From Guillardia theta CCMP2712 (lineage: Eukaryota > Protista > Cryptophyta): a stretch of DNA of 64,000 bases. Positions within the stretch are counted from its first letter, which is position 1, and each line of letters opens with the position of its first letter. Positions 35,601 to 49,379 of the stretch are shown piece by piece. Both the position numbers and the translations under genes were made by a program. The stretch spans positions 278,307-342,306 of the forward strand of contig NW_005434662.1 in the NCBI RefSeq assembly GCF_000315625.1, read 5' to 3'. The notes under the pieces were generated by a model. That model worked only from the letters and a program-made list of their open reading frames with translations, did no database searches and had not been told where the DNA came from.

Positions 35601-36989
35601 GGGCGGAGAGACCAAGACTGAGAAGGTGCGGGAGTTCATCCGTCGTCCTCCTCGTTGAGCTGCTGCAGGTGGCGGTCCCTTCCTCCGTCCTCCCTCACAC
35701 GTTCGCTCTCCTCATGGACGTGAGCGTTGCAGTCCAGGAGGTTCAGTCCCCTCCTCTCAGCATGACGACGCTGCGATCGCTGGTGTCGAGCGTCCTCAAG
35801 GAGTTCGTCGCTGCTTACGAGAGCAGCACCAAGAAGGCACGTTGTCTCCACCATCACCCTCCTCTCTCCCTGCCCACTGCTAGTTCCCCTCCCTCCTCTC
35901 CGGGCTCTACTTGCTAGTCCTGAACAAGTTTCCACTTCCTCCTCCTTCTCACCCTCCTCCTCTTTCCTCGCCCGTTGCTAACTGCGCTCTATTATCTCAG
36001 CTCTCCCTCGAGCTCGAGTCTTTGAATGTTCAAATGCTCTTCGACTTCCTTGTCGCCAAGGATCTTCTTGCCGGCCATTCGTGAGCCTTCACTACCCTCC
36101 TCCTCCTCCTCCCCCTAACGCTCCGCTTTCAGTCTCCCGAGGGACTTCGAGTTGAGAATTCAGAGGGTGGAGGAGGCGCTTGAGGATCGTCTGGATCCGA
36201 TCGACTGGAATTTTCAGAAGAGTTTGTTTCAAACCAACAGGATAAGAGCCTACCAGGTATGCCTCCTCCTCCTCTCTCTTCTACTCCTCCTCTCCCTATC
36301 TTCCCTTCTCTCGTTTCTTTCTCCTCCTCCTCCTCCTCTTTCTGTCCCCCAACATCTCCTTATCTCCCTTTCCCTTCCCTCCCTTCTTCTCTCTCTCCCC
36401 GCTCTCCCCGTCCTTCCCACTCTTGTGTCTCCACTCTTGCTGTTCGTTTGCCTCCTGGACCTTCTCACTTTCCTCTCAGCGTTACTCCGTCATCTTCGGT
36501 GCCATCGTTCAGCTCAAGCGCGTGCATGTCAGAGAGTCTTCGCTGCAGAGCGGATCTTTGCCGAAGCCTATCAATCTCCTCCCCCTTGCCCAGCAGCAGA
36601 ATCGCTTTGGCTACCTTCCCGCGGTTGACTCGTGGAACCTGGTGGAGGCAGAGGAGGAGGAGGAGGAGGAGGCCAAGGTCAAGCCTGCAGAGCCCCTTTC
36701 AGGAGGAAAGGCGTCCAACGCTGGTGTGGGGATTGCGGGCATGGATTCCTTGCATAAGGACGTGCAGGTGAGGACAGAGAATCACTTGATTTTGCTCTTC
36801 TTCCTGCTGCTCGCTCTCCTCTTGACCTGCCTTCCTTCGCTCCCTCCTCTCCGCTTGCTGCTTGCCGCTCCTCTTCCTCTTACTGTTCTGCAGGCTTCTC
36901 TTGGCAGGTTCAGCTCGCTCATGGCGAAGGGCTGGACCAACGCGGCTGACACGTTGGTGGGAGGCATCGAGAGACGAGTCGTGAAGTAG
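32615..36989 (+). CDS. COG1: Conserved oligomeric Golgi complex subunit 1
   Basis: Vps51/Vps67 N-domain KQEELRELVSVRYRDFIEAADTISAM; C-terminal COG1 motifs LDPIDW..RAYQRYSVIFG and NLLPLAQQQNRFGYLP; many GT-AG introns; TAG at 36989. Confidence 0.85.
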
Positions 36990-37130
36990 AAGAGCTGCGG
37001 GATAGAAGATGCCCAAGTTTTCATGCCGTTTATCCTTCATTCATCTGTGTGTGTGGGAGGGAGGGAGAGGGAGAGGCGTAGGGTGGAAAGAGAGGGAGGG
37101 GAAAGAGGGAGGCGGCGGTTGAAGGTGGTA

Positions 37131-38048
37131 TCATGATTTCTGGTCTTTTTCTTCGTCCTTGGAAGGAGGGTCCAACTTGTCGGCTATTGTGCTCAACCCG
37201 CTCACAAACGCCTTGGAGAGCTTGCTCGTGATCTGCAGGCAGCGCGCATGAGCGGAGACGCCAGCGCTCCCTCCTCTCATCCCACCTGATGCTTCTCATT
37301 GAACTTGTTGGCGGCGGCAATAGTCCCTGCGAGCGGCAAGGCAGGCATGTCAGACCCCTCAGCACTACAAGTCTGCTGCACACCTGAAGCCGCTGCCTTG
37401 GTCTTGTCAACTACCTTGTACTTGTCATCGATCTCAACCGCCTGCAAACATTCAGCATCATCACGATCGTCCTTCCCACCCCCTCAGACCCTCCATCCCT
37501 CCTCCCTTACCTTCTGGTACGCTCCGACCGCAGCTCGTTTGACTTTGTCGGTCACCTGATGCTTCTCGTTGTACTCGCTCGCCTTCTTGTAGGCCCCGAC
37601 TGCCATTCCCTCGCATCACTAGCACTGTGATACCACTCCTCCTCCTCCTCCTCCTCCTCCTCCTCCTCCTCCTCCTCCTCCTCCTCCTCCTCCTCCTCCT
37701 CACTTGTCGAGTGTCCTGCCGCTCTTGCAAAGTCGCCGATCTTGTCGTCCTTGGACGTGGCATACGCTGCGCCAGCTGCAAGGGCAACAGGCGCAATGAC
37801 TCCACCCATTGTCACCGCTCCCACCACTCCTCCGGCAGCAGCTGCCATGACGTCATCATGCAGAGCGAGCCAAGAGATGCCCTTCAATCACCTGCTGCTC
37901 CCATGACCTTGACACCTCCAGCTCGCTGCGCTCCTTGCTCGAAGTTGTCGATCTGATTTACTGCTTGCTTGATAGCAACTTGCCTGTCCATGCTGGCCCA
38001 TCGCATGTCAGTGGAAACGATGATGGCACGAGACTCTCGATAGTGCAT
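37131..38048 (-). CDS. Hypothetical protein with Gly/Ala hydrophobic stretch and repeated NEKHQV..K motif
   Basis: Spliced exons AAAAGGVVGAVTMGGVIAPVALAAGAAYATSKDDKIGDFARAAG, YKKASEYNEKHQVTDKVK, EIDDKYKVVDKTK, NKFNEKHQ; TGA at 37131. Start approximate. Confidence 0.65.
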
Positions 38049-39241
38049 GTCTAGCTTGCTCTAGCCCTCCGCATCAGATGACCGTTTACTCTTACTTCCT
38101 TTTCTTCTCATCTATCCTCTTCCCCTCTGTCTCTCCTTCCCCCTCTCCTTCCCCTACCCTCCCCTCCTCCCCTCCCCCTCCTCCTCCTCCTCCTCTCCCC
38201 CTCTCCCTCTCCCCTCCCCTCATTATTTCCTAATGTTTGTAGCTCGGACTTTTACCAAACAAGTGCACCCAAATAAGGAGGTACCCCCTCACTACGGGTG
38301 TATACAGATACCCTCATTTTGAGCCTCGAAATATGGGGTACTCAATGAGTCGTGGCACCACCGAGCAGCGACCTACAGCAAAACTAGGTAGATGTCCCGG
38401 ATGTGCCTCGTGCACCCGGCGTCCGGGGGCACCCGGGCCCGCGCCTGGCCCCGCCAGTGGCATCGGGACTAGCGGCCCCGGAAGGGCCACCCGGGGCAGT
38501 TCACTCTGCAGTTCACTCAGCAGGTTCACTAGCTCAGGGGCTCAGGGGCTGGCCCGCTCCGGGCCGGCGAAACTTTGACATGCGCGCCGCGCGGGGGCTG
38601 TGCGGCGTGACCACTGGTGCGTGACGCTGAGTTAAAATTGTTTTTTAAAAGATCAGTGAGACTACCGGTACTAGAGAAGCGATCCACGGCCACTACTGCT
38701 TTCCGCCGCCTAGTTGGACCCGGTAGTCAAAGTCTGAGAGAACCCCCGGGGCGCCCGAAGTTGATTTTATAGGGGAGGCAAGTCCTTCTGCGGAGATTTC
38801 TGTACCCGGGTAATGCTACCGGTACAGTACTACTGTACTACAGATAATAATGATTTACAGTTATTAATTATATGTCATCGGTACTGTGAGGATAATAATG
38901 AGCTGCGGAATACTTCTAAAAAATATCTTTTCGATACGACAGGGCCTGGGCAATGGCGCCGGCCGAAGGTAGATGGCGGCGGAACGGCAGGTAGGGCGAC
39001 GAGCGATGCTGAACATGGTATCCAAGGGATCGATCAGCTCATGGCGAAGTTGATCAGTGCCCGAGAGCATCTCTCCTCATTGAGAGCGCTGGCTCAAGCT
39101 GCAAGTGGCAATAAGGATTTAAGGGGAGGAGAGTATGCAAGGGGCTCGTCGCTGAGCGCTGGGGAGCGGGGATAGAGGGCCCTTGCTGAGAGGCAGAGAG
39201 AAAACGAGATCATGATTGAAGATTCAGACTGACTCTCAGCC

Positions 39242-41578
39242 ATGAAGGCCGACCATCCTCAGTACTCGAAGCGCGCGGTAGGGGAGGGGAAGGAAGTTGG
39301 GACTTTGAACCCCGATGAGCTTTTCTCCGGGTCAGAGAGCCTCTTCGTCAAAGACAGCTCGATCTTGCATCCTTTCTCCAGCATTCACCTGACGTGGGAC
39401 CTCTGGATGGTCCTGCTGCTGATCATCACCATTATCATCGTCCCGTATGAGCTGGCCTTCCAGGAGTTCACTTGCACAGCGTCCATTGACATTGCTCAGC
39501 TCGTCTTGCTGTGGGCGATCGACGCCTCCTTCTGGCTGGACATTCTCCTCAACTTCCGCACTGCTCTGGTGGTTCTGAACCCCGTGACGGGCAAGAGCGA
39601 GGTGATCATCGATCAGCGAACCATCGCCGTCACCTACGTCAAGTTCTGGTTTTGGTTCGATGCCATCGGCTCTCTCCCCATCCAGGCCATTGAGAGCAGC
39701 TACCTCAACACCAGCTGCTCCTTCTCAGCCATCAAGGCTCTCCGGTTCAACCGCCTGGTGCTCGATGCCTCTTCATGCTGATGACTCTGACGCCACGTCT
39801 GAGTGCAGGCGAGGCTCGTGAGGCTGTTCCGTATCATCAAGCTCATGCGGTTTAGTCGATGGACGTTCATGCTCACGAGGCTGCAGGTGATGCTGTGGCG
39901 TCATGCGGGAGGGGAGCTGACGGCTGTGCAGGATCGCCTCTCCATCAACCCGGCCCTGTTGCGATTCCTGGAACTGTCGGTGGCGGTGGTGATGCTCGCC
40001 CACTTCATGGCCTGCTTCGTGTACGGCATGCTCCCCTTCGAGACCGACTACGAGCAGAACTGGGGGTCTGTCTCTGTCATCACTGTGCCCTGGGCAGGAG
40101 AGTTTGTCCTGTTCTGCCCTCCTCCTTCCTTCACGGTCGACAACGAGGTCTTGCCCCCCTGCGTGCACCTGCAGGATGCCAACTGCTCAAGGACGGTGTT
40201 TGTTGAGGTCAACAACAGGACGGAGATTTCGAGGAGAAAATGCTTGCAGCGGGATGGCAAGTGGCTGGAAGAGGCGTCAAGCAGCAACAAGTACCTCATC
40301 TCCCTCTACTACACGTTCGTCACAATGTCCACGGTATGTTGGAGGAGGACGAAGAGGAGGACGAAGAGGAGGAGGACGAGGATCAACTTGGGAGGAGAGT
40401 GACGGGGATGGCAGGTAGGCTATGGCGACATCGTGTCACAGAATATCTTTGGGATCATGATCTGCACTCTCAACATGATGATGGGAACGATGCTGTTTGC
40501 GATCTTCATCGGCAACATCACGGAGCTGATGACGAACCTCGACCTCCGCTCCAAGAACTACCGCAAGAAGATGGACAGCATGGAGCACTTCATGCACTCC
40601 GAGAACCTGCCGCTGCGCCTCCGCAACAGGGTCAGGTACTTCTTCGAGCACGGGTACAACCACGCTCGGGGCCTGCCCTCCTTCATCGACGAGCTGCCGG
40701 AGAACCTCAAGATTTCAGTTGTGCTGCACCTCTACAACGACGTCGTCCGTTCCGTTCCCTTCTTCGCTCAGGGGAGCAAGCAGTTCATCACGATGATCAT
40801 CCTCAAACTGAAGTCCAAGGTACTCGCCCCGCACGACGCCGTCTTCCATGCCGGCGACCATGGCGACACCATGTACTTCCTCAACGACGGGGCAGTGTGC
40901 ATCATGCTCGACCAGCAGCTGGACATCTTTGCGACCATGTCCGAGGGAGGCTTCTTCGGGGAGGAGTGCGTGACAGGGCAGAGCGACGTGCGGGAGGTGT
41001 CGGTCTTCGCGCTCTCCTGGTGCAATCTCCTTTCTCTCTCCTCCCAGGACCTCGAGCAGTGCATCGCCGGCGAGCCCGAGTCGCGCGAGCTCTTCAGGAA
41101 CCTTGTCACCTCCTCCAACCTCCAGCGCTGCATCGAGCGGATCCAAGGAGCGATCCCTGGGAGGGAGGTCGAGACTGAGACCCCACGGGAGGAGCAAGAG
41201 AAAGGGGAGAAGCGACAGTTCCCTCCCGTGGTCCTGCGAGCTCTAGAGCTGCAGGAGGACTCGTCCGAGCTCAAGGAGCAGCGGCCGCTCTCGTCCGCGC
41301 GCATGTCGAGAAACTCTGTTGACCTCGTAAAGCAGCTGCAGGAGCAGATGGGCATGGAGGAAGTCATGCAGCGAATCAGCTCGGTGAGCAACCCCCCCCC
41401 CCTTCCCCTTCTCTTTCTCTTCCCCCCCCCCACTCCCTTCCTCCCTTGTCCCTCCCTTCCTCTACTTCTCTCCCTCATCGCTCTGCAGGACTACGAAGCT
41501 TCGAGGAAGAGGCGAGCAAACGTTCGCAAGAGCATCGCAAGGCTGGAGAAGATCTTAACCACAGCGGGAAGGAGATAG
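39242..41578 (+). CDS. Cyclic-nucleotide-binding-domain voltage-gated K+ channel (KCNH/HCN/CNG superfamily); 5' end may extend upstream
   Basis: S1 HPFS..WDLWM..IVPYELAF; S2 DILLNFRTA; S3 YVKFWFWFDAIGSLP; S4 rich in R/K; pore TMST/VGYGDI; C-linker LPLRLRNRVRYFF..LPENLK; CNBD GDTMYFL..GGFFGEE..R. Confidence 0.93.
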
Positions 41579-41599
41579 TAGTTGACGAGCCCGGAAGAG

Positions 41600-44500
41600 G
41601 CTCACAGAGGATAAAGATCTGCGTCCTTGATGCGAACCCCCTCCTTTTCCACGGCGTGGAGGTACCTGGAGCTAGTCGGCAGTCAGGGCAAGATGACAAG
41701 AAGGGAAGGGGGCAGGGGGCAGAAGGGAGGGAGGAAGGAGGAGATACGTTGGGCAGCTGGACGCGCTTGCTGGGATGCCCTGTAGAGCTCCAACCTGACA
41801 GAAAGATCAGACGAGGAGAGAGGATGGAGAGGGCAAGGAAAGGCGGAGGAGGATGGGGAGGAGGAGGAGCGAGTGTGGTACCTGGAGTTGCGGTCTGCTA
41901 GGTGTGGCGAGAGAGGAGCGAAGAGATCCTGTCGCCGCTTCCTCCTTGGGCTCGAGCGAGCAAGTGAAGGAAGAGGAAGAGTCTCTGTCTTGTAGCTGGC
42001 AGCTGCTTCCTGCCGGAGGGATCAGGGAGATGCCGTGCTCCGCTGCTCTGGCGGACGGACGCTGCTGGGGCTGAGAGCTAGCAAGAGGAAGGGAGAAGAC
42101 ACTGGATATGGAGGAGGAGGAGGAGGAGGAGGGGACAAGAGCGGCGGGCTGCCGTGGCTGCAACTGCTCTGTCTCGTGTTTGTCCTCCTGCATGCTAGGG
42201 TCTTCTCGGGTGGACTCCTTGCTGGGCATCTCCTTGGCGGCAGCTTCGCCTTTCTGCAGCATCTGGAGGAAGAGCTCGCGCTTCTTCTTTGCCCTCTCTC
42301 GCTTCTCTGATGCAGAAAAATCAGCAGAAGGAGATGATGGAGGAGGAGGAGGAGGTGGTGGTGGTGGTTGTGGAGGAGGAGGAGGAGGTGGAGGTGGTGG
42401 TGTTGGTGGTGGAGGGCCCACCTTCGAGATGCAGCTGACCTTTGGCCCACACCGCCTGCTTTCGTACGGCATCTGCAGAAGGATGAGACGGCGGTGAGGA
42501 GGATAAGAGTCAATTCACTTGGATCGAAGTAGGGAGAAGAAGCATTCTGCGGTAGCAGAAGTGAGAACGAGATCCGAAGAAAACGAGCAAAACGAGGAGG
42601 AAGTGAAGAGAGAAGGAGAGAAGAGAGAAGAAGAAAAGAGAGAAGAAGAAAGAAGAGAGAGGGAGGAGAGAAGGAGAGAAGAAGAGAAGAGAGGGAGGAG
42701 GAGGAGTTCATCTACAGGGTCGCGGTCAAGCTTGGCTCTCTCTTTCTCCTCTCGCTCCTTCTGCTCGTTTTTCAGCTGCTCCTTCGCCCAGCGAGCCTGA
42801 CGGGCCACTGCAACCACGTCCATATCCTGAGCACTGCGCTTGACCTGGAGATTGCATGAGAGAGCTGACGGGTAGAGGAGGAGGAAGCAGAAGGACGAGG
42901 GACGAGCGATTGAGAGAGGACCATCGGGAGCAAGCACCGTCTTGCATGAGGGGGGGACGGATAGAGGAGGAGGGAGCAGTGCAAGGAGGAAGAGAGGAGG
43001 AGGAGGAGGAGAGAGTAGGAAAGGGAGTCAGCTGTGCACGGCAAGAGACAGACGAGGGTCAGATGCTTTACCACTGGCTGCTGATGTGGAACGAGAGCCT
43101 CCCACTCCCCTCCTCTTCGGACCTGCCGCGTTTCGTCAGCCCTCCTGCTCTCCTCGCAGCTTCTTCCCTAACCTTGGACGGTGTTATCCAGCTGCTGACC
43201 TCCTCCACCGAGCAGGGGACCGCCTCCTGGTTCTTTGCTCTGCTCCTGCTGGATCAGCAAAGGTCGGGGAGGTGAGAAACAACCTGTCCTCCTCTTCCTT
43301 GACGGAGAACTTGCCGTCCTGTGATGTATTGAGCACCAGCAATTGCCTACAGAGGAGGAGGGAGGAGGTGGAAGAGGAGGAGGGAGGAGGGAAAGGAGAG
43401 GAGAAAAGAAGGGGTAAGGAAGAGGCGGAACCTTAAGGAGATGGAAGGGATGAAGCTCTCCGGACTGGCCGCTGGTCTGTCTCCTTGCTTTCATGTCTTC
43501 CTCAGACCTGTTCCCTGTAACGTCTTGCTCCTCAAGCAGCACAGGAGCTGTTTCTGCTTCTCCTGCCTCCTTTTCGCGTGCAATCATGCCGTTCAACTTC
43601 ATCGACGAACGTCAGGGGAGAAGGAGAAGCAGAAAGACTCTGACCTTCACGACATCTGCTTTGACGAAAAGAGAGTTCTGCGGGAGCAAAAAGAGAACAT
43701 CACAATTGGTATGTTGATGATGATGATGATGATGGCGGTGGTGATGATGTTGATGAACTTGCCAGGGAATACTCACATCGTGAAGGTAATTGTAATGCTA
43801 CACATACCGTCAGCCAACATCTTTGCATCAGGCAGGGCAAGCACTACCTCTTGAGCGTTGCTCGACCGAGCCGAGTCAAGACGGTCGCCGAAGATGACCT
43901 CGCTCCAGTTCTCTATCAGCAAGTCAACCACGGCAAGTACAAGACTCGCAAATTAGATGCTCCTCCTCACCTCTACACTTCTCGATCTTCTCCAGTTCAT
44001 CTTCCCTGGACACGACGAGGAAACCGCACTGATCGCTCGACTCTGCATCGCATGCGTCATTCACAGGTTTGATGTACTGGGCAACCCTCAAGGAACAGGT
44101 ACCGTTGTATCTTGCTGACAGCGAAGACAGCTTCTCCTCCATCATCGGAGACTGGCAGACCAACGACAAGTCACAAGTCTCTCTGAAAGCAGATGAGGCG
44201 CTTATTTCACCTTCACTCTGATCGCTCCATCGCTGTCTGCTATTTTGCTTCTTTTGGGTGAGAATGCCTGGTAAAACCCCATCATCTCTCCCTCCAGCTC
44301 TCCGAGTTTCGATCTTGTACCTGCGCGATCTTCCATTCACTCAACTTCGTTGCCTTCGTCTCCAGCAATGCTGGAGGAGTGGACTTCTCGTTGTTGAGCT
44401 TGTTCCCGGACAAGTTTTTGCCGAACAAATTTTCTTTTTCATTGCTCGCATGAAAGCTTTCCCTGACCTTGTTCTGTCTGTTAAGAAGAGATCAGTACAA

Positions 44501-44740
44501 GACATCCGCATCTCAGGGCCTTCACCTGGATCCCTGGGACTTGTAAACATCAGGATTTAGGTCTCTTTGCTCACAAGTTGACCAAAGTCTGAAGAAAAAG
44601 TCAAATTCTGTCGCTCAAGCACATTTTGAGGTGTTATTACCTTTCTGCAGGATGGGTTGGAAATGATAAGTAAGAAGTGTCTTCAGACAAATCAGTCAGC
44701 AGATGTCTATGCAAACAACTTCGTGGCAGGAAAATGCTCA
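41600..44740 (-). CDS. Hypothetical low-complexity, Pro-rich multi-exon protein (boundaries approximate)
   Basis: Chain of GT-AG-bounded coding-like segments (QNKVRESFHASNEKENLFGK.., VKRSAQDMDVVAVARQARWAKEQLK.., poly-Pro). No domain recognised. Confidence 0.45.
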
Positions 44741-44751
44741 TCCAATTAGTT

Positions 44752-44878
44752 GTCAGTCAGTCAGTCAGTCAGTCAGTCAGTCAGTCAGTCAGTCAGTCAG
44801 TCACTAGAACTATATCACGTCTGAGTCAGACTCGACCGGCCGCGTGAAAGTACACGCTGCCAACGAGTGGGAGGTGAT

Positions 44879-44966
<88 letters not shown>

Positions 44967-44967
44967 G
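44752..44967. repeat. (GTCA)n at 44752-44803 and (GAGCAG)n at 44880-44967
   Basis: Directly visible. Confidence 0.95.
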
Positions 44968-45400
44968 GTATGGCACACTGTACAGATTCCTACTTACATG
45001 ACGTTCGCTTCATTGTGCGACTTGTCAAGCTTGCAGGAGGCACAGGGTAGGGTTATAACCATAACCCCAGAAAAGAATATCAAAAGAAGGGGTACAAAGA
45101 TGATAATAGACAAAAAAGGTGGGTGGTGGGGTAGCTGTCACCCTATTTGCTTTCGTTTTTTGCCTTGTGCAACGGAAGATTCGGGCTGTGTAAAACTGTC
45201 TTTTTTGTTTTTTTAATGTCTTTTTAAGTTTTTTTCCTCGCACCATATCAAGGACGGTCGGAAAGCCCGAAGGCACCGGTACTATAAAACTAGCTGCTGT
45301 CAGGGGTGGGGTACTAAATTTCCGAGAAAAGGTAGGGTAGTATTCAGATGATATGGGGGGTGGGGGTGACACTTGCCCACCTGCTCCTATTCTTGGCACA

Positions 45401-46888
45401 ATGGCTGGAGAGGGCATGGCGGCGAGAGGAGCGGCGGCGATGGGGCTGATGTGAGTTTTATCATACGATGCATGCCTTTGGATATTGAATATCTTGACAA
45501 GAGTCTCGGTTTTCTGACTTACTGTTTGTACCCAAGCCACATTTTTTCCATGCGCGTTTTGTGATATGTATGGTTCCCCAGCCATCTGTGTTTCAGTTGA
45601 ATCTTGACTCTTGCTCATTGTGGCTACATGCAATTTGGTCTGTCATTGTTTATGAAGGAAATTTCAATGCATATCTTCCAGCTTTGTCAAGTGATCTTTT
45701 CGTGGTCACGAAAGTGGCTTGCATTTGTGTATTTCCGTTTTGCCTTGATACTCATGGTACATATTTTTTTCTTTTGTTTTGATTGGATGAAATGTTGGAA
45801 TTGTTGGAATCGAGTGTCGATTATCTTCCTTGAAAGCCTCATCGAGTGAGATGTTCGCATTCTCAAAGTGGCTTTGTCTTGCCCTATTGCTGCTCGTGGA
45901 TGCGCATGAATGTCGCAGCATTGGAGAGAAATAACACCTTGCTTCAGGTTCGTCGCCTCCATCGCGATTGTCATCTTTGTCGTCACTGCTGAGTCGTCGG
46001 GAAAGGACACGACAGTGCTGAGCACTGACTGCTCTGTCGATCCCTGGGCACCCGAGTGCCATCATGCTTCAATGATGGACATGATCAACAACATCCGTCA
46101 CCGCGCCAGGGTGAGTCTTCATTATGCATGTGAAAGATTCAGTGATGGGATTGCAGAGCAATGCAATCGCGCAGAAGAAGTTGAAAATGCAGCTCCTGGC
46201 CGAGGAGAAAGCTGTCATCAAGAAGCAGGAGGAGAAGCAGGCGAAGAAGCATGGTGTGAACAACCTTCTCCTCACTGTTCATTTTCTGAGGCTTGTTTGA
46301 TTCTCAGCGTCTGCCAAGTCGGCCGCGCCTGACTTGAAGAGCACTGTCTACAATGGTGTAGACATTGCTTCCAAGAAAGCAATTGACTCTAGTTTGACCA
46401 AGTGATCTTCCATTCCTCATCCTTCTTCCCGGCTGCTCTTGCTCTCCCTCTCTGTGCTGTCCCTTCGCTTCTCATCCATGTGTTTCTCACTTTGTCTGTC
46501 CCTCCTCTTTCGCCCCCACCCCCTCTCCCCTCCCTTCGCCTCCTTTGGCGCTCTCGCTGTTCGCTTCGCTCCCCAATCTTAGTTGCAACTCTCTCTTGTA
46601 CATCGGCACAGCACATGACGCATGTTTTCGTAGGCTGTTGAAAAAGGGTGGAAAGGGGGCTGTCATGAAGAAGGTTGAAGAAATTCGGGAACAGGTCTGT
46701 GACGTGTACATCTATGGAGTCAACCTAATGGTTAATGACAGATTCTTGCTGATTCTGGGAAAATGTTTGGTTATGGAAAGAAGGTGGGTGCCCAGGATTG
46801 TATTGACTTGCCCCGCGTCTGATTCTGTTTGCAGGCTGGTTATCTGCCGCCCCCTCCGCATAAACTGATGAAGCAGCTCGGAGGTTAG
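45401..46888 (+). CDS. Small signal-anchored hypothetical protein
   Basis: MAGEGMAARGAAAMGLM / FVASIAIVIFVVTAESSGKDTTVLSTDCSVDPWAPECH.. joined across a ~500-nt AT-rich GT-AG intron; later Lys-rich exons; ends AGYLPPPPHKLMKQLGG-TAG. Confidence 0.6.
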
Positions 46889-49379
46889 AGGAGCCTTTTG
46901 TACATTAATCTAGGGAAACTGTTAAAATGAAGCTTGTCGAATGGATCCAACCTATCTTAGCCGGCTTCACGACGAAATGAAGCCCGAGCACATGGCATTT
47001 CATCACCACGATATGTGAGATGTGTGCGATACATTCTAGGTAGTTTGACCACGCGATCGATCCCGGTACCTCGCGGGTTTTCACAAGGACAGGTTAAGCT
47101 TCACTAGTGAAAGTTTTTCACTCCCTGACATAATCAGCGCGATCGGTTATGCCGGAGCGGCACCGGATACATCAGATCAGTCATATGATACACGAGTACA
47201 ACACATAGGTTAATTCAGTGGCTCGGATGTATTGAGATCATAAGACTACGTGTCCTACAGAAAGCAAGACGGCCTCTGCAAAACGGGATCCCAACCAGTC
47301 TAAGATTTAGAACCACTCGCCGAAGTAGAGGGGGCGCTGCTCGTGGTGGAGGTACTCCATGCGCCACATCCAGAGCTGGGAGGTCTGCTGCTTGGTCTGG
47401 GAGAACATTTCTGCAGAATGATATCAGCGACTGCTGGTGCAATACATTGAGAAACAGAAACATTCAACAAGTTCACAGCCTTTTCTCCTTTTCTCCAAGA
47501 AATCACCCGCAACCAACAAGAAACATGAAGGTGTCCCTTCACATACTGAGCTGGTATTTCATCTTATGAATTAGCCAACCGAGCATTCAACACAGTGGAC
47601 AGAGCGCAAGTTCCAAATATCATGTGTGCACATCCATGCCTTTCCACAAAGTCTGCTATCATCACAAGCAAGGGCAGAGCACATTGCACGCTTCCTCGAT
47701 CAAAGCGTGCCATGTCATACCTGCGTCTAGGCCGTGAAGAGACACCACCAGCAGCGAGTTTAAATACTATTCTCTCTACCCCTGCTACCCCCCATTTACC
47801 CCTAGCTGAACCCCCTCATTGCCTCTCCCTGCCCCTTGGCGCACCCCCTACCTTACCGAAAAGCCAGCGAGGAGAAAAAAAGAATTCGAACTCGAGGGTG
47901 GGGGTACTTTAAAGGGTATCAGGGGGTGTCTCAACACCTTGTTCCTTCAATTGGGTGGGTCATGTACCCCACCCTGCCTCTTCAAGACCACCATGAATGA
48001 CTCAACACCCCTATTCAAAGACTGTGATAACCCGGACATTTCCCACCACCTTCACACCCCCACCCTTGTTATATTCCTTCACTACCCCCAACGGACCATC
48101 TCTGGATGCCTTGTGATGGTCCTCGTCACCAGGCCCGACCGTGACCCGGTGACCAAGCGGCACCCGGAGGGTTCCGAACTAATAAGAAGTTCGCCGTTCC
48201 GATCACTGGCTGTGGCGCCGGGCCGGGCCCGGCGCGCTCGCCGGGACTCCCCGGCGAGCCTGGGCACTGGCGGCAGGCTCAGTGAGACGGCGCACCGGCT
48301 CGGGGTCGTGGAGTGGTGCCAGCAGCGTAGTACGCCGGGCAACTTTCACGGCGTCATGACCGTCAGTAACTACTTAATTTTAACTAAGTTGAAGTCAAGT
48401 TAAAATTACAACGGTCAGGCCCGAAGTTTTAAAGTCAAGCCTTAAAATCACAAGTCAGGCCCGGAAATACGGTAGATACTGTTTGTTTCTTGAAGGAACT
48501 GCTGCGCCGGCACGGTCACCTCTTTACTCAAAGTTAAGCTAAAGATCAGTACGAGGACAATAAGGAGAGTCGAGGCCGCCCTGAGGCTTGACCCTGACAC
48601 CGTCTGTCGCACTGGCCAAACGGCGAGAAGCCTGAGCCTCCGAGAAAACTTAGGACAGCGAGAACCAAACTTTGAAACATATCTACCGGGGCCGTAATAC
48701 GGCCGGGGCATCCGTAATGCGGCCCACGGATCTTCCGCTACTGGTACCGTCTTGACCGGGCCGGGCGTCCGAACTTCAAGTGGCTCGCCGGGGGCCGGGC
48801 TCGGCCGCCCGGCGGGCCGGGCCGCTCGGAGGTTCCAGGCCGCATCATCATCGGCGGTTCCGCCGGCCCGGGTACTGAAACTGGTTCCAGGAATAGACTT
48901 ATTATTACATATCTGGTTCTGTACGACATCAGCACATAATTTTCAAAACATATATTGGCAATTGAAATTTGCTAGAGTAATTCTGTGACAGAATGTACAA
49001 ATGAAAGCTTGTCATTCCAGATCAATTCACTGTTTTGAGACGGAGTGCGATGGATGGCACGGAGATGGGGGAGGATCAGGGGAGAGAGAGAGGGTCGAGG
49101 GAGGAACTGACTACTAGGCTAGGATGGACACTGTTGATGGAGATCTGAAGATCCACTTCGAGGAAGAGAGGATCGCGCCTGAGAGGGTTGATGACTGCAT
49201 GTTTGTAACATCCTTTTGGTTGTTGACGTCGAGGACCCTGTAGTGAAGGGTTCGAACATGAATGTTGCGTGCTTCACATGTGCAGACTGTTGACACAGCA
49301 TTGGTTTTTCTGTCTAGGATGAGCCAAAGGTATTTGGTGCGGGAGATTCGGACGCTGCATGATCGAACCGTGTCATTCT

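Noticed and set aside
45255-45293. Helitron-like 3' end (GC hairpin then CTAG)
   Set aside because: The hairpin is weak, CTAG is not followed by T, and no matching 5' end or second copy was seen.
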